From Planctomycetota bacterium (lineage in GTDB: Bacteria; Planctomycetota; GCA-002687715; DRQF01), in NCBI GenBank assembly GCA_036479435.1, contig JAZGFI010000288.1:3669-67668 (forward strand): a DNA stretch of 64,000 nucleotides, read 5' to 3'. How positions within the stretch are numbered: position 1 is the stretch's first letter; each line of letters opens with the position of its first letter. Below the pieces are notes generated by a model. It worked only from the letters and a program-made list of their open reading frames with translations. It searched no databases and had not been told where the DNA came from. The translations under genes and the position numbers were made by a program. This document shows positions 21,501-30,410 of the stretch, piece after piece.

Positions 21501-23526
21501 CGCGGCAAAATCTGCCATGCGCTTGGGTGCCCAACTTCCATACTCGGAGAGTTCGATCAAGCGCCTCGCTGGGATTCGCGCCGTAGCCAGCGGCGATCGC
21601 GCAACTCTCGAAGAAGTGCTCGCCTCCGGAGTTGAAGGGCTCGACGATCTCATGATCTGTCTGGAGCTCTCTGAGCTTTGTGCCCGCGATGGCGGAGTCG
21701 ACACCACTCGGCTAACCCGTGGCTTGGCGCGGCTCAGTAAGTCCACCGGCAATAAGGCCTTTAGTGACGCGCTGCAACGCGTTCAGAAACAACTTGCGAC
21801 CATTCGAGAAACACCGTCGCCAGCCTGGGCTTCCTCGCGGCTACGCACCGCCGGTAAGCGCGCTCGCGTGTTTTTGCCCGCAGTTCTGAAATTCTGGGAA
21901 TCCCAAGCTGATCATGCGGACGCGAGGCCTGAAGTCTTCCACCAGGTGGCTTTACTTCGGATCTCCGCGGCCCACGAAGCGGAAGCTGCCGGCTGCGAAG
22001 ACGAGTCGGTTTGGTTCGAAGCCCACGATGCCTGGCGTTGTTTGATCGAATGCAAACCCTACTGGAAGGAACTGAAACAGCGACTGGGAGCACCGGCCGT
22101 TGAGGCCACCCGCGACAAGCTAGCGAAATGGCTCGTCTTCGCGCATCTCAAGCGAGCGCAGTTCTACCTCGACGCCAAGAAGTTGGCTCACGCCATGCGA
22201 CATGCGAAATACGCGACGAGTTCGCCTCTCGCTGACATGGCGGGTCGGCCGGAACTCAATGAGCGCGTCTTCTCCCTGTTTGCTAGCGACTTCGAGCGAC
22301 TTTTGCAACGCAAGCATTTCTCCGAAGCGCTAGAGTGCCTCGATCACGTCTTGCTCGCAGATGAAAAGAACACTCACGCCGAACGCGAGATGATACGGGT
22401 TGCGGCCGAGGGGCTGCGCCAGCCCTTTGGCATGCTGGATGCCCTCCGGAATGAACCCGACGAGTTCACCTTGTCAGAGCTTGCACAGTTCATGCGTTCG
22501 CTCTTGGCCTACGCCGATCGCGGAGTCGATCGAACTGAACGACGCGAAAGCATCGATTCTCTGCTCGCTGAGGACCTTGCGATCTGTCTGCGGGGACAGG
22601 CCTTTCTGTTGTTTCACGACCAAAAGGACGCCGAAGGCGCAGCGAAGCTGGTCGATCGAGCGCTCGAGATTCTTCCCAAGTCGTCGCGAAGTGAAAAACC
22701 CTTGCGTGATCATCGGGCAAAACTAAGCGTCGCCATGGCGAGCGACGTGATGGCAAGTGCCTCGAACACTCAAAGTGGCCTCGAGGCCTACGGCAGAGCC
22801 CTGTCGGACATTGATTCAGTGCTGTCGGAAAGCGCCGGCAACCGGGACCTCATGCGCGAGAAAGCCCGGCTACTCTTGGCAAAGGGACTGCCGGATGAGG
22901 CTGAGGATTTGGCGCGCGAGCTTTACGAAAACGCGCAGGAGTCCAAAGACGCGGATCGAGTTCGCGAGGCGATTGAGTTGGTACACGAAGTCCAGCAGGG
23001 CCGCGACGCCTCCCAGCTTCACGGCAAACTCGGCGCGGTGGAAATGCTCATTTCCGAGCGCAACTGGCGCACGGCGCTCCAGGTTTTCAAGGAGGCAGCG
23101 GTCGGTCACGAAAGCGACGGGCCCTTTGTCGTCAAACACATTCAGATCCTGCTCGGCCTCCACAAAGTGCGGAAAGTCGAGGAGGCGCTACCGGCTCTCG
23201 ATGGATTTGTCGAACTGAAAGACGATGCGCGTCTGCTGACCGCTCAGCTTCAGTGTCTCAAGTACATGTCTTCGGTGGGTGGCGACATCTACTCGGCTTT
23301 CGAACTCTACGAGCGCCAGGACTACAAAAAAGCCATGAACCTGATGCTCGGCCTGGCGGCTGCGGACACGCAGGATCTTGGCGCTCAGTTCCTGACTGCG
23401 GTGTGCCAATATCACCTGAACGGCGAAGCCGAGAGCGAAGAAGTCTTTCGACGCGCTGACCAACAGGCGCGCGTGGTGGAGGCCTTTTGGGTCTGTGAGT
23501 TGCTCAAGGTGGAGAAGAGTCGATGA
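18550..23526 (+). CDS. Giant (1658 aa) TPR/alpha-solenoid protein
   Basis: Uninterrupted ORF after RBS gagg; multiple TPRs (IAELQLELGNTDRALALFTQILDDDP, GEPESALEHFERAVELE); no signal peptide. Confidence 0.85.
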   Translation: MKNQLIDKFSKVGRLEVRLREIVARADDGEVTSMDAGDLIGRQIVAFIEAQPDADSELKNLHLDAELARGVLYQRSNGATPLEAAESLTEAHRLMKILGKDQENLDRLIEPTWKNYEDLVEIGSRRTSWSSLQVIFDVLEDSEAHRSLRPKVVEAFATLAAEFDEDCEIGGAIARVLEISKWGRDEAPEALAKLLTFMPRLLQMELAHIDTDIALQAFLYGSKNDAELEVETYEHLVRRLIDDGRRDTEVRMVYKAFLEHHPERHTKIDAALRRLAHVHPDPTFSHDPDLDGLNQLCCEVFGANAIWPWRNRALMMRRKSDLVGAVSCLAKAMNISGEPPDLIGLLAPVLYRMGFLRSAKEFARFAPAAERQRFRLRTLDLLEAVPRTDRGAEKLVGVLEMALAEPELPPEFRPGLSRRIAELQLELGNTDRALALFTQILDDDPSDEVAAVRLAEIEASRGRTGKARTLISGDLSARVTPWVKFIESLMAEFEEDLSLAHQRVCEAIASLPEAHDAGRLHCQKAFAILDKRIRDDHGEAVANGPLLSMLQTDVFGAVHEDLASLTPRLEQRRLELSLRAGDLSQAEEAITAISSRNPDHADVLINGLRLGLRAESQKDSTFFLDQLTALELEQTAEVAFLFGLHSARWGEPESALEHFERAVELEHGAPAILALATMKAETGDEAGALELIEAPRDDQHEGSETQLRRLAQIRGILLERSGRMTEARVAYQGASRLGQGWHEARRRAGLLSLQEGLAKSDAVLVRDAVSCLEGFRDPESVIAETRARAALAKTPREAASLFETAIKRVDARHRLLFERLRLPHLLEAGEFDTAEQIASDLLDDVEMEASIRQGISGVLAWLQRRRIVDSLTFIDPAKTDDIEKVADELSETSQYAEVIGLDAAVATLRLLVDPKAKKPKIDGASAPELVLAAAFAVGLSDLPSQSYDELDKLRDDLERPDLAELSRYRLAVEGAESEELAVDRAAKSAMRLGAQLPYSESSIKRLAGIRAVASGDRATLEEVLASGVEGLDDLMICLELSELCARDGGVDTTRLTRGLARLSKSTGNKAFSDALQRVQKQLATIRETPSPAWASSRLRTAGKRARVFLPAVLKFWESQADHADARPEVFHQVALLRISAAHEAEAAGCEDESVWFEAHDAWRCLIECKPYWKELKQRLGAPAVEATRDKLAKWLVFAHLKRAQFYLDAKKLAHAMRHAKYATSSPLADMAGRPELNERVFSLFASDFERLLQRKHFSEALECLDHVLLADEKNTHAEREMIRVAAEGLRQPFGMLDALRNEPDEFTLSELAQFMRSLLAYADRGVDRTERRESIDSLLAEDLAICLRGQAFLLFHDQKDAEGAAKLVDRALEILPKSSRSEKPLRDHRAKLSVAMASDVMASASNTQSGLEAYGRALSDIDSVLSESAGNRDLMREKARLLLAKGLPDEAEDLARELYENAQESKDADRVREAIELVHEVQQGRDASQLHGKLGAVEMLISERNWRTALQVFKEAAVGHESDGPFVVKHIQILLGLHKVRKVEEALPALDGFVELKDDARLLTAQLQCLKYMSSVGGDIYSAFELYERQDYKKAMNLMLGLAAADTQDLGAQFLTAVCQYHLNGEAESEEVFRRADQQARVVEAFWVCELLKVEKSR

Positions 23527-24023
23527 TTGACCCCAGTTCCGACGCGAAGCAGCTGCCTTTTTCCATCGACGGAATTCTGAACCCAGCGGCGAGATCTGCT
23601 TTGGCGATCTTGAGTACAGAGGCGGCGGAAGTCGACCACCGCGGTGCGGGGGCGGTGTTGGCCGATGCCCTTGAGCTGCACGATCGCGACGCGGAGCTGA
23701 CGACCGTCTACGGCCGGCGAGTGGCCCGCGAAGAACTGAAGGACGCCGCCGCGGCGCTAGAAGATCCAGAACGACGCGTTCTCGCGGAACTCTTGGATTT
23801 TCCGAGCTACGACATTGAGTTGGATGACCTCAGCGATTTGGCGCAAGCTCTCGATGATCACGCCCAAAGCTTCACGACGACACCGGAACTTGAGAACTTG
23901 GATCTCATGGCTCGGCTCTTGGATGCTGTCGTGGGCGAGCCCGAGCTCCCCCAAGCACCCCCGCTCGATGTCGCGCCACCGGCACTGCCGGTTCTTAAAG
24001 ACATCATAGACGGTCTCGCCTAG
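23523..24023 (+). CDS. Acidic hypothetical protein with a degenerate J-domain-like segment
   Basis: ATGA overlap with the giant TPR gene; EELKDAAAALEDPERR resembles the J-domain helix III-IV signature (AYEVLSDPEKR). Confidence 0.65.
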   Translation: MIDPSSDAKQLPFSIDGILNPAARSALAILSTEAAEVDHRGAGAVLADALELHDRDAELTTVYGRRVAREELKDAAAALEDPERRVLAELLDFPSYDIELDDLSDLAQALDDHAQSFTTTPELENLDLMARLLDAVVGEPELPQAPPLDVAPPALPVLKDIIDGLA

Positions 24024-24036
24024 CCGAAGCTAGGAT

Positions 24037-24079
24037 CCGGCCCATTCGTCCACGCCAGGGCGGGTCGAGAATGGGCCGG
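24037..24079. terminator. Hairpin between convergent genes
   Basis: 11-bp stem ccggcccattc / gaatgggccgg; no clear U-tract. Confidence 0.5.
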
Positions 24080-24094
24080 GCATGGAGCTCTTTG

Positions 24095-24529
24095 CTACTT
24101 TCTGAGCGCGTCGCGAATTTCCACCAAGAGTTCTTGGTCTTTGGTGGGCTTCGGCGCTTCGGCTGGTTTTTCCTCTTCCTTTTTCTTCATCGAGTTCATG
24201 ACCTTGACCATCATGAAGATGGCGAAGGCGACGATGAGGAAGGTAATGACCTCATTGATGAACATACCGTAGTTGAGGTCGACGGCGTCGATCTTCTTCA
24301 CGGCTTCGATACCGTCGGCAGGTTCAACTCCGGCCACGCCCTCTTTGAGGGTCATCTTCATCTGCGTGAAGTCGATGTCGCCGATCAGTAGACCAATGGG
24401 GGGCATGATCACGTCTTTGACTAGCGAGGCGACGATCTTCCCGAAGGCGCCGCCGATGATGATGCCGACGGCCATGTCGACGACGTTGCCTTTAAGGGCG
24501 AAGGCCTTGAATTCTTGTAGCATTCCCAT
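24095..24529 (-). CDS. mscL: Large-conductance mechanosensitive channel
   Basis: [28 protein letters not shown]...NYGMFI...LLVEIRDAL. Confidence 0.97.
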   Translation of the reverse strand: MGMLQEFKAFALKGNVVDMAVGIIIGGAFGKIVASLVKDVIMPPIGLLIGDIDFTQMKMTLKEGVAGVEPADGIEAVKKIDAVDLNYGMFINEVITFLIVAFAIFMMVKVMNSMKKKEEEKPAEAPKPTKDQELLVEIRDALRK

Positions 24530-24736
24530 GGGTGGTCTCTTCCGTTGTTTGGATTGGCAAAGGTGTCAAAGAGCGTCTGCCCTCAGTCCGGCAAAATACC
24601 AGCGGCTCTGATCGGCGGCAAGCAGCCGCTCTCAATTGGGGGCCCAAATTCGCCATTGCGAAGTCGAATTGCCGGGCAGGAATCTTTTTCCGGCTTGGAA
24701 ATCTAACCGCAAGACTCCAATTCGACGGAAACTTGG

Positions 24737-25750
24737 CTATTCAGCCGTCCAGGTGTCGCCGCCATAAATCAGGTCTTTGAGTTTCCCCGGTCCGCTCTTT
24801 TTAGTCGCGACGGCGATCTGACCGTGAACCCCAGCCTCCAAAGACCGGGTGGGAACGTTGCGGAAGACACCGATGGGCGTGGGGATCTCGGGACTTGCCA
24901 TCGCCGTCATGGCGAAGGTCAAAGAGGGATTGGTTTCGTCCCAAACCTGAACGCCGTTTTCGCCAACGTCGGCCAACTTGACCACGGCCGGTACGCCCTG
25001 GTTGATGACGATGCCGCGGTCGCGTTCTTTGCCGAAGATCATCTTTTCGCCGTGCTGAAGATCGATCAGGCGGTCTTCGCGCACATCGCGCGCGACGTCG
25101 CGCTCGAAGGCGCGATTGTTGAAGATATTGCAGTTTTGAAAAATCTCAACGAAGGCACCGCCCTCGTGAGCCGCGGCTTTGGCGAGGGTGTCTTGAAGAT
25201 GCGGGCCCATGATGTCGACCGAGCGCGCGATGAAAGTAGCGCCTGCGCCAAGCACGAGTTGAATGGGATCGAAGGGAGTGTCCAAAGATCCCATGGGTGT
25301 CGATTTCGTGACTTTGCCCACTTCACTCGTCGGTGAGTACTGCCCCTTAGTCAATCCATAAATCCGGTTGTTGAACATCATGATCTTGATGCCGATGCGT
25401 CGCCGGAGCGCGTGGATCAAGTGGTTGCCGCCGATCGACATGGCGTCGCCATCGCCGGTCACCACCCAAACGTCTAGATCTGGGTTCGCGAGCTTCGTAC
25501 CCGTGGCAATGGCCGGGGCGCGCCCGTGGATGGTGTGGAAGCCGTAGGTGTTCATGTAGTAGGGGAAACGGCTCGAACAACCGATGCCCGAAATGAAGAC
25601 GATGTCCTCGCGTTTTTTTCCGAGGGCGGCGACGACCGACTGCACCGCATTCAAGACTGCGTAGTCGCCGCAACCCGGGCACCAGCGCACGTCTTGGTCG
25701 GTTTTGAAGTCTTTCTTCGTCAGGCTGGACTCGCTGAGGCTGGTATTCAT
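24737..25750 (-). CDS. korB: 2-oxoacid:ferredoxin oxidoreductase beta subunit
   Basis: WCPGCGD, SGIGCSSR, HGRA, GDGD TPP motif, YGLTKGQYSPT. Confidence 0.93.
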   Translation of the reverse strand: MNTSLSESSLTKKDFKTDQDVRWCPGCGDYAVLNAVQSVVAALGKKREDIVFISGIGCSSRFPYYMNTYGFHTIHGRAPAIATGTKLANPDLDVWVVTGDGDAMSIGGNHLIHALRRRIGIKIMMFNNRIYGLTKGQYSPTSEVGKVTKSTPMGSLDTPFDPIQLVLGAGATFIARSVDIMGPHLQDTLAKAAAHEGGAFVEIFQNCNIFNNRAFERDVARDVREDRLIDLQHGEKMIFGKERDRGIVINQGVPAVVKLADVGENGVQVWDETNPSLTFAMTAMASPEIPTPIGVFRNVPTRSLEAGVHGQIAVATKKSGPGKLKDLIYGGDTWTAE

Positions 25751-25754
25751 CGTG

Positions 25755-27626
25755 TTACTCCCCGTCCAAGAGTTGTTGGACGGCGTCGAGGATTTCCTCG
25801 GTCTTGAAGGGAAGCCCCTGGACCTTGGTCATGGACTTGATCTCGATCCCTAGTTTGCCTTGCAACAAAAACGCGAGTTGGCCGGTGTTCATCTCTGGAA
25901 CCAATACGTGGTCAAAGCGCTCAAGCGCGTCTTTCATTCCCAGCGGGAGTGGATTCAAGTGACGCAAATGCGCTCGGGCCACGCGTTCGCCCCGCCCCTG
26001 CAGGCGTTCGACAGCGCCGGTTATCGCGCCGGTGGTCGATCCCCAGCCCAGCACCAACACGCGGCCTTCTTCGGGGCCGTGTACGGAAAAGGGCGGGATC
26101 GCATGAGCGATTCCGGCGATCTTCGCGTGTCTAAGGTCGGTCATGCGCTGGTGATTGTCGGCGTCGTAGTTGATGTTTCCGTTGCCGTCTTTCTTCTCGA
26201 GGCCGCCGATGCGGTGCTCAAGACCCTTCGTTCCCGGTAGAGCCCAGGGGCGAGCGAGAGTCGTCTCGTCGCGTTTGAAGGGTTCAAAACCCTCTGCGTC
26301 TTCCGGAGCGGGGTGGCGAACTTCGATGGGGGCCAAGTCTTCGATGTTCGGTAAGCGCCAAGGCTCGGCACCGTTCGCCAAGTAGCCGTCGGACAAAAGC
26401 ACCACCGGCGTCATGTAGGTGACCGCGAGTCGGACGGCTTCCAGCGCCGCGTCGAAGCAGTCGGCCGCCGTCAGAGAGGCCACGACGGGAATAGGGCTAT
26501 CGCCATTGCGGCCAAAAAGGGCTTGCAGCAGGTCGGACTGCTCAGTCTTAGTCGGCAATCCCGTCGAAGGTCCGCCGCGCTGTACATCGACCACAACCAG
26601 CGGTAGCTCCGTCATGACGGCGAGGTTGAGGGCTTCAGATTTCAGTGCGAATCCAGGCCCACTCGTGGTGGTGACACCAAGTGAGCCCGCGAAGGAGGCT
26701 CCAATCGCCGAGCATATTGCGGCGATTTCGTCTTCCGCTTGGAAGGTCACGACCCCGAAGTTTTTGTAGTTTGCGACTTGGTGCAAGATGTCGCTCGCGG
26801 GCGTGATGGGATAGGAACCCAGAAAAAGCGTCTTACCGCAGAGCTGACTCCCCGCGACCAAGCCGATCGACAGCGCCTCATTGCCTTGGATGTTGCGATA
26901 GACACCGGGCTCAAGTTTAGCCTTGGGAACTTCGTAGCTCGTTTGAAATTCGCCGGTGATATCGGCGTAGTTGTGGCCGGCCCGAAGAGCGCGGATGTTG
27001 CCGTCCGCGATTTCTGGCTTGCCCTTTTTCTTGCCGAAAGTCTCGTTGAGCCAAGCCTCGGTGTTGTCGAGGGGGCGATTGTAGAGCCAGTAGACCATCC
27101 CCAGCGCAAAGAAGTTCTTGCAGCGCTGGACGGTCTTCCCGTCGAGGCCGCTGTCCTTCAAGGTCTCTTTGATCAGGGTCGAAAGCGCCACCTTGACGAC
27201 ACGAAAAGCCGCGAGGCTGTCGTCCTCCAGCGGATTCGTTTCGCATTTGGCTTTTTGAAGGTCGAGTTTACCGAAGGAATCGGTGTTGACGATGATCGTC
27301 GTCCCGGGCTTCATGTCCGGCAAGTTGACCTTGAGGGCGGCGGGGTTCATCGCGACCAAGACGTCGGGACAATCGCCGGGCGTGTGGATGTTGTAGCTCG
27401 AAAAGCGAACCTGAAAGCCCGACACGCCGGGAAGCGTACCCGCAGGAGCCCGGATCTCGGCCGGGTAGTCGGGAAAGGTCGCGAGGTCGTTGCCGAGTAT
27501 CGCTGAGGTATTGGTGAACTGCATGCCAGTGATCTGCATGCCGTCGCCAGAATCGCCGGCAAAGCGGATGGTCGCTTGATCGAGACGTTCGACTGATTTC
27601 TCCGCCCCGTTGCTGTCGCTGGGCAT
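25755..27626 (-). CDS. korA: 2-oxoacid:ferredoxin oxidoreductase alpha subunit (gamma-alpha fusion)
   Basis: AGDSGDGMQ, YPAEIRAP, YPITPAS, QAEDEIAA, QRGGPSTGLPTK, EMNTGQ. Confidence 0.93.
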   Translation of the reverse strand: MPSDSNGAEKSVERLDQATIRFAGDSGDGMQITGMQFTNTSAILGNDLATFPDYPAEIRAPAGTLPGVSGFQVRFSSYNIHTPGDCPDVLVAMNPAALKVNLPDMKPGTTIIVNTDSFGKLDLQKAKCETNPLEDDSLAAFRVVKVALSTLIKETLKDSGLDGKTVQRCKNFFALGMVYWLYNRPLDNTEAWLNETFGKKKGKPEIADGNIRALRAGHNYADITGEFQTSYEVPKAKLEPGVYRNIQGNEALSIGLVAGSQLCGKTLFLGSYPITPASDILHQVANYKNFGVVTFQAEDEIAAICSAIGASFAGSLGVTTTSGPGFALKSEALNLAVMTELPLVVVDVQRGGPSTGLPTKTEQSDLLQALFGRNGDSPIPVVASLTAADCFDAALEAVRLAVTYMTPVVLLSDGYLANGAEPWRLPNIEDLAPIEVRHPAPEDAEGFEPFKRDETTLARPWALPGTKGLEHRIGGLEKKDGNGNINYDADNHQRMTDLRHAKIAGIAHAIPPFSVHGPEEGRVLVLGWGSTTGAITGAVERLQGRGERVARAHLRHLNPLPLGMKDALERFDHVLVPEMNTGQLAFLLQGKLGIEIKSMTKVQGLPFKTEEILDAVQQLLDGE

Positions 27627-28058
27627 GGTTCCTCGTTGCGCAGATCGGATTAGACCAGCAGAGCGGTCTGTTACGTCTCCACGCCTTTCGTTGAATTCAA
27701 GGCTGTGTTCCCCATCGAGGCCCGATCGGGACGCGATTATAAGTCTCCCTCTTTATTGAACCAATGTTCAAAAACCCGGGGCCAGCTCGCGTTTGCCGCT
27801 CGAATTGAAGAGCATAAGCAGCTCTCGTATTTAGGGTTACAGCCGCCTCCCCCAGTGGAACTCCGAAGCCGCCAATCTCGGTCCCGGCCTTAGGTGAAAC
27901 CCCGATTCACTTTTGGGCCCAGCTGAACCATGTATTTGCAAAAGATATAAAAGGTATAGGTTGTGATTTGCCGATGACTGCAAAGCGCGAAGGCTTCAGG
28001 GAAGTTCCCCGGTCTCCGTCGACACGAGACACTTTTTTCTAATTTTACGGAGACCACC

Positions 28059-28544
28059 ATGAAGCGACTGCTCGCTCTGCTTTTTGTCTTCGGCGTTACT
28101 TGGGCTCTGCCTGCCGCGGATGAGTCCGCTGAGGCTGCCGTCATTGCGATGACCTTGGACGATCTCGCCCAAGGAGCCGACGCCATTTTCGCCGGACAGA
28201 TTATCTCGAAGTCCTCAAGCTGGACTGAGAACGGCGCCATGATCAACACCGAGTTCACCGTTCAGGTAACCAGCACCCTCAAAGGGCAGCTGCCGCAGCA
28301 AGTGACCGTGAAGGTTCCGGGCGGCGACCTCGACGGCATCAAGATTCGCAACGCGGAAGCGCCCACTTTTGAACTCGGCGAAAGCGTTTACGTGTTCGGC
28401 CAGCACGACACCGCTACGGACCAATACAAGACCTACGGTTGGTTCCAAGGCAAGTACACCGTGCTGAACGGCATGGTGCGTGAACTCAACGGCGTGAGCG
28501 TCGATGAATTTCACACCCAAATCCTCAACGCCGTGAATAACTAG
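28059..28544 (+). CDS. Secreted hypothetical protein, probable NTR/TIMP-like OB fold
   Basis: RBS ggag; signal peptide; LDDLAQGADAIFAGQI...TEFTVQVTSTLKG...PGG...PTFELGESVYVF pattern. Confidence 0.7.
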   Translation: MKRLLALLFVFGVTWALPAADESAEAAVIAMTLDDLAQGADAIFAGQIISKSSSWTENGAMINTEFTVQVTSTLKGQLPQQVTVKVPGGDLDGIKIRNAEAPTFELGESVYVFGQHDTATDQYKTYGWFQGKYTVLNGMVRELNGVSVDEFHTQILNAVNN

Positions 28545-28559
28545 GAAGGGGACAGAAAC

Positions 28560-29858
28560 ATGAAGATCATCAAATGGATCGCCCCGGTCACCATCTTCGC
28601 CGCCTTGGCCTGGCTCGGTCAGAACCAAGCGGACGACGCTCGCGCTTTTGCCACGCACGGTAGCTCCTGGGCCAGCCCCACCGCGCTCTACAAGGTCAAT
28701 GCCAACTTCACGGATGCCAGTGCGGGCACCGCCGAAGAACAGATCGCCGCTATCCAACGCGCGGCCTCCGAGTGGAAGAGCGCGGGACAAGTTCCCTTCG
28801 AGTTCATCTACGACGGCACCACCACCAACACGACGGTCGCCCCGAGCGACGGTGAGAACGCTGTCTTCTACAGCAACAGCGACGGCGGCGGCGCCCTTGC
28901 AACGGCGACTTGGTCCTCGTTTGCGAACGGTGATTTCTTTGGCTTTGATATCGAGTTTTACTCGATGGGCGGCGCCCTCGACTTTGTATGGGCCACGAAC
29001 CCCGTTGGTTCCCAGTTCGATATCGAGTCGGTCGCGACTCATGAGTTTGGCCACGCTCTCGGCCTCAGCCACTCGGCTTCGACCGACGCGACGATGTTCG
29101 CGTCAGTGGTGGCGGGATCGATCGCGAATCGCACCCTCGCCGCCGACGACATTGCCGGTGTGCAGTCACTTTACGGCGTGCAGGCCACTGGTGCTCCGAC
29201 CGTTAGCAATGTCGCACCCTTCTTCGGTTGGATTGGCGGCGGCGAGCGTATCCGCTTGACCGGTACTGAGCTGTCCGGAGGCGACCCTCAAGTCGTCACA
29301 ATTGACGGTGTTCAAGCCACTGGCGTCACCGTCCTCGACAACAGCACGATCGAGTTCGACGTTCCGATGGGAGTCCGCTCTGGCTTTGTGCCGGTCAGCG
29401 TGTCCCACGCTCAGGGCAACGTCGACCTCGGCGATATCTTCTTCAACACGAGCATGCGCTTCACCTCGGATATGCAGGTCGGCGGCACCGGTCAGATCGA
29501 ACTGTTCTACCCGGCCGATGCCAACCTGCCCTACCTCGCGGCACCTGCCATCAACTTTGACATAGGCATTCCGGTTAGCACCTTTGGTGACTCTGGTGAC
29601 ACCCGCGTGATTCCCTTGAACAACGACAGCCTGTTCCAAGAACAACGCCAAGGCCTCTACTCCGATACTTTCCTCGGCTTCGAAGGCTCCCTCGACGGCA
29701 ACGGCAGCGCCATGTTGCAAGTCGTTCTGCCCAACCTGCCCTTCTTGCAAGGCTACGTGGTCTGCTTCGCTTCCATGACCCTCGACATGTCCTTCACGTC
29801 GGGCGTCAAGAACATCTCGAACGCCGCCGCCGGACAGATCCAGGCCGCAACGCCCTAA
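28560..29858 (+). CDS. Secreted matrixin (M10-like metzincin) with IPT/TIG domain and C-terminal domain
   Basis: HEFGHALGLSH zinc motif, ATMF Met-turn, PTVSNVAPFFGWIGGGERIRLTGTEL IPT start; signal peptide. Confidence 0.9.
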   Translation: MKIIKWIAPVTIFAALAWLGQNQADDARAFATHGSSWASPTALYKVNANFTDASAGTAEEQIAAIQRAASEWKSAGQVPFEFIYDGTTTNTTVAPSDGENAVFYSNSDGGGALATATWSSFANGDFFGFDIEFYSMGGALDFVWATNPVGSQFDIESVATHEFGHALGLSHSASTDATMFASVVAGSIANRTLAADDIAGVQSLYGVQATGAPTVSNVAPFFGWIGGGERIRLTGTELSGGDPQVVTIDGVQATGVTVLDNSTIEFDVPMGVRSGFVPVSVSHAQGNVDLGDIFFNTSMRFTSDMQVGGTGQIELFYPADANLPYLAAPAINFDIGIPVSTFGDSGDTRVIPLNNDSLFQEQRQGLYSDTFLGFEGSLDGNGSAMLQVVLPNLPFLQGYVVCFASMTLDMSFTSGVKNISNAAAGQIQAATP

Positions 29859-29908
29859 TCGTTCGCAACGCAAAATGACGATCTCGGGTTTTGATCCTGA
29901 GCGAGCGG

Positions 29909-29948
29909 GGACCCGGCTTCCATTCTTGGAAGCCGGGTCCTTCTCTTT
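29909..29948 (+). terminator. Intrinsic terminator after matrixin
   Basis: ggacccggcttcca-ttct-tggaagccgggtcc followed by ttctcttt. Confidence 0.8.
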
Positions 29949-29965
29949 GGTCCGACCAAGTTGCC

Positions 29966-30130
29966 TGAAAGGGTAGTGACTTTGGTCTGACGCAAACGTT
30001 CAGGGTTTAGGATTTGAGGTCGGCCTTTGCTGACACATGGCTTGCGGTCGCCAAAATGGATGAAGAGTTGACTTTGGATTTGAAAGGCTAGTGGAAAACG
30101 TCTGACGCAGAAGTTGCGGGTTTGCTGGAT
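29966..30130 (+). repeat. Intergenic repeat element: two imperfect direct copies 115 bp apart
   Basis: tgaaagggtagtgactttggtctgacgcaaacgttcagggttt (from 29966) aligns without gaps to tgaaaggctagtggaaaacgtctgacgcagaagttgcgggttt (from 30081). Confidence 0.75.
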
Positions 30131-30190
30131 GTTGGTTTTCTCGCGAGCGCGAGCTTGATCGTGATTAATTTGGTCTAGCGCTACACTTAG

Positions 30191-30229
30191 ACCCGCGGTC
30201 TCCTGGTGATGGAGTCCGCGGGTTTTCTT
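30191..30229 (+). terminator. Terminator-like hairpin in the leader of the next gene
   Basis: acccgcggtctcc / ggagtccgcgggt (one mismatch) followed by tttctt. Confidence 0.5.
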
Positions 30230-30410
30230 GCCGGGTCGGGCGCAAGGAATCGCTTGTTGAGGCTGTGGGCATTCCGTACGATTTGTTTGATCCCCAATGA
30301 TAAGCGTCGCTCACGGACTCGGCATTGTTGTGCCCTGATGGAAGGGACACCACGATGACTCCGAGGGTCCGCGGACTCTCTCGGGGGTGGCGCAAGACCA
30401 GAGGTTCGAC

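Noticed and set aside
29966-30130. CRISPR array or ECF promoter reading of the direct repeats
   Set aside because: Only two diverged copies with a ~70-bp gap and no cas genes; the GAAAGG-to-TCTGA spacing (13 nt) is too short for sigmaE-type promoters.
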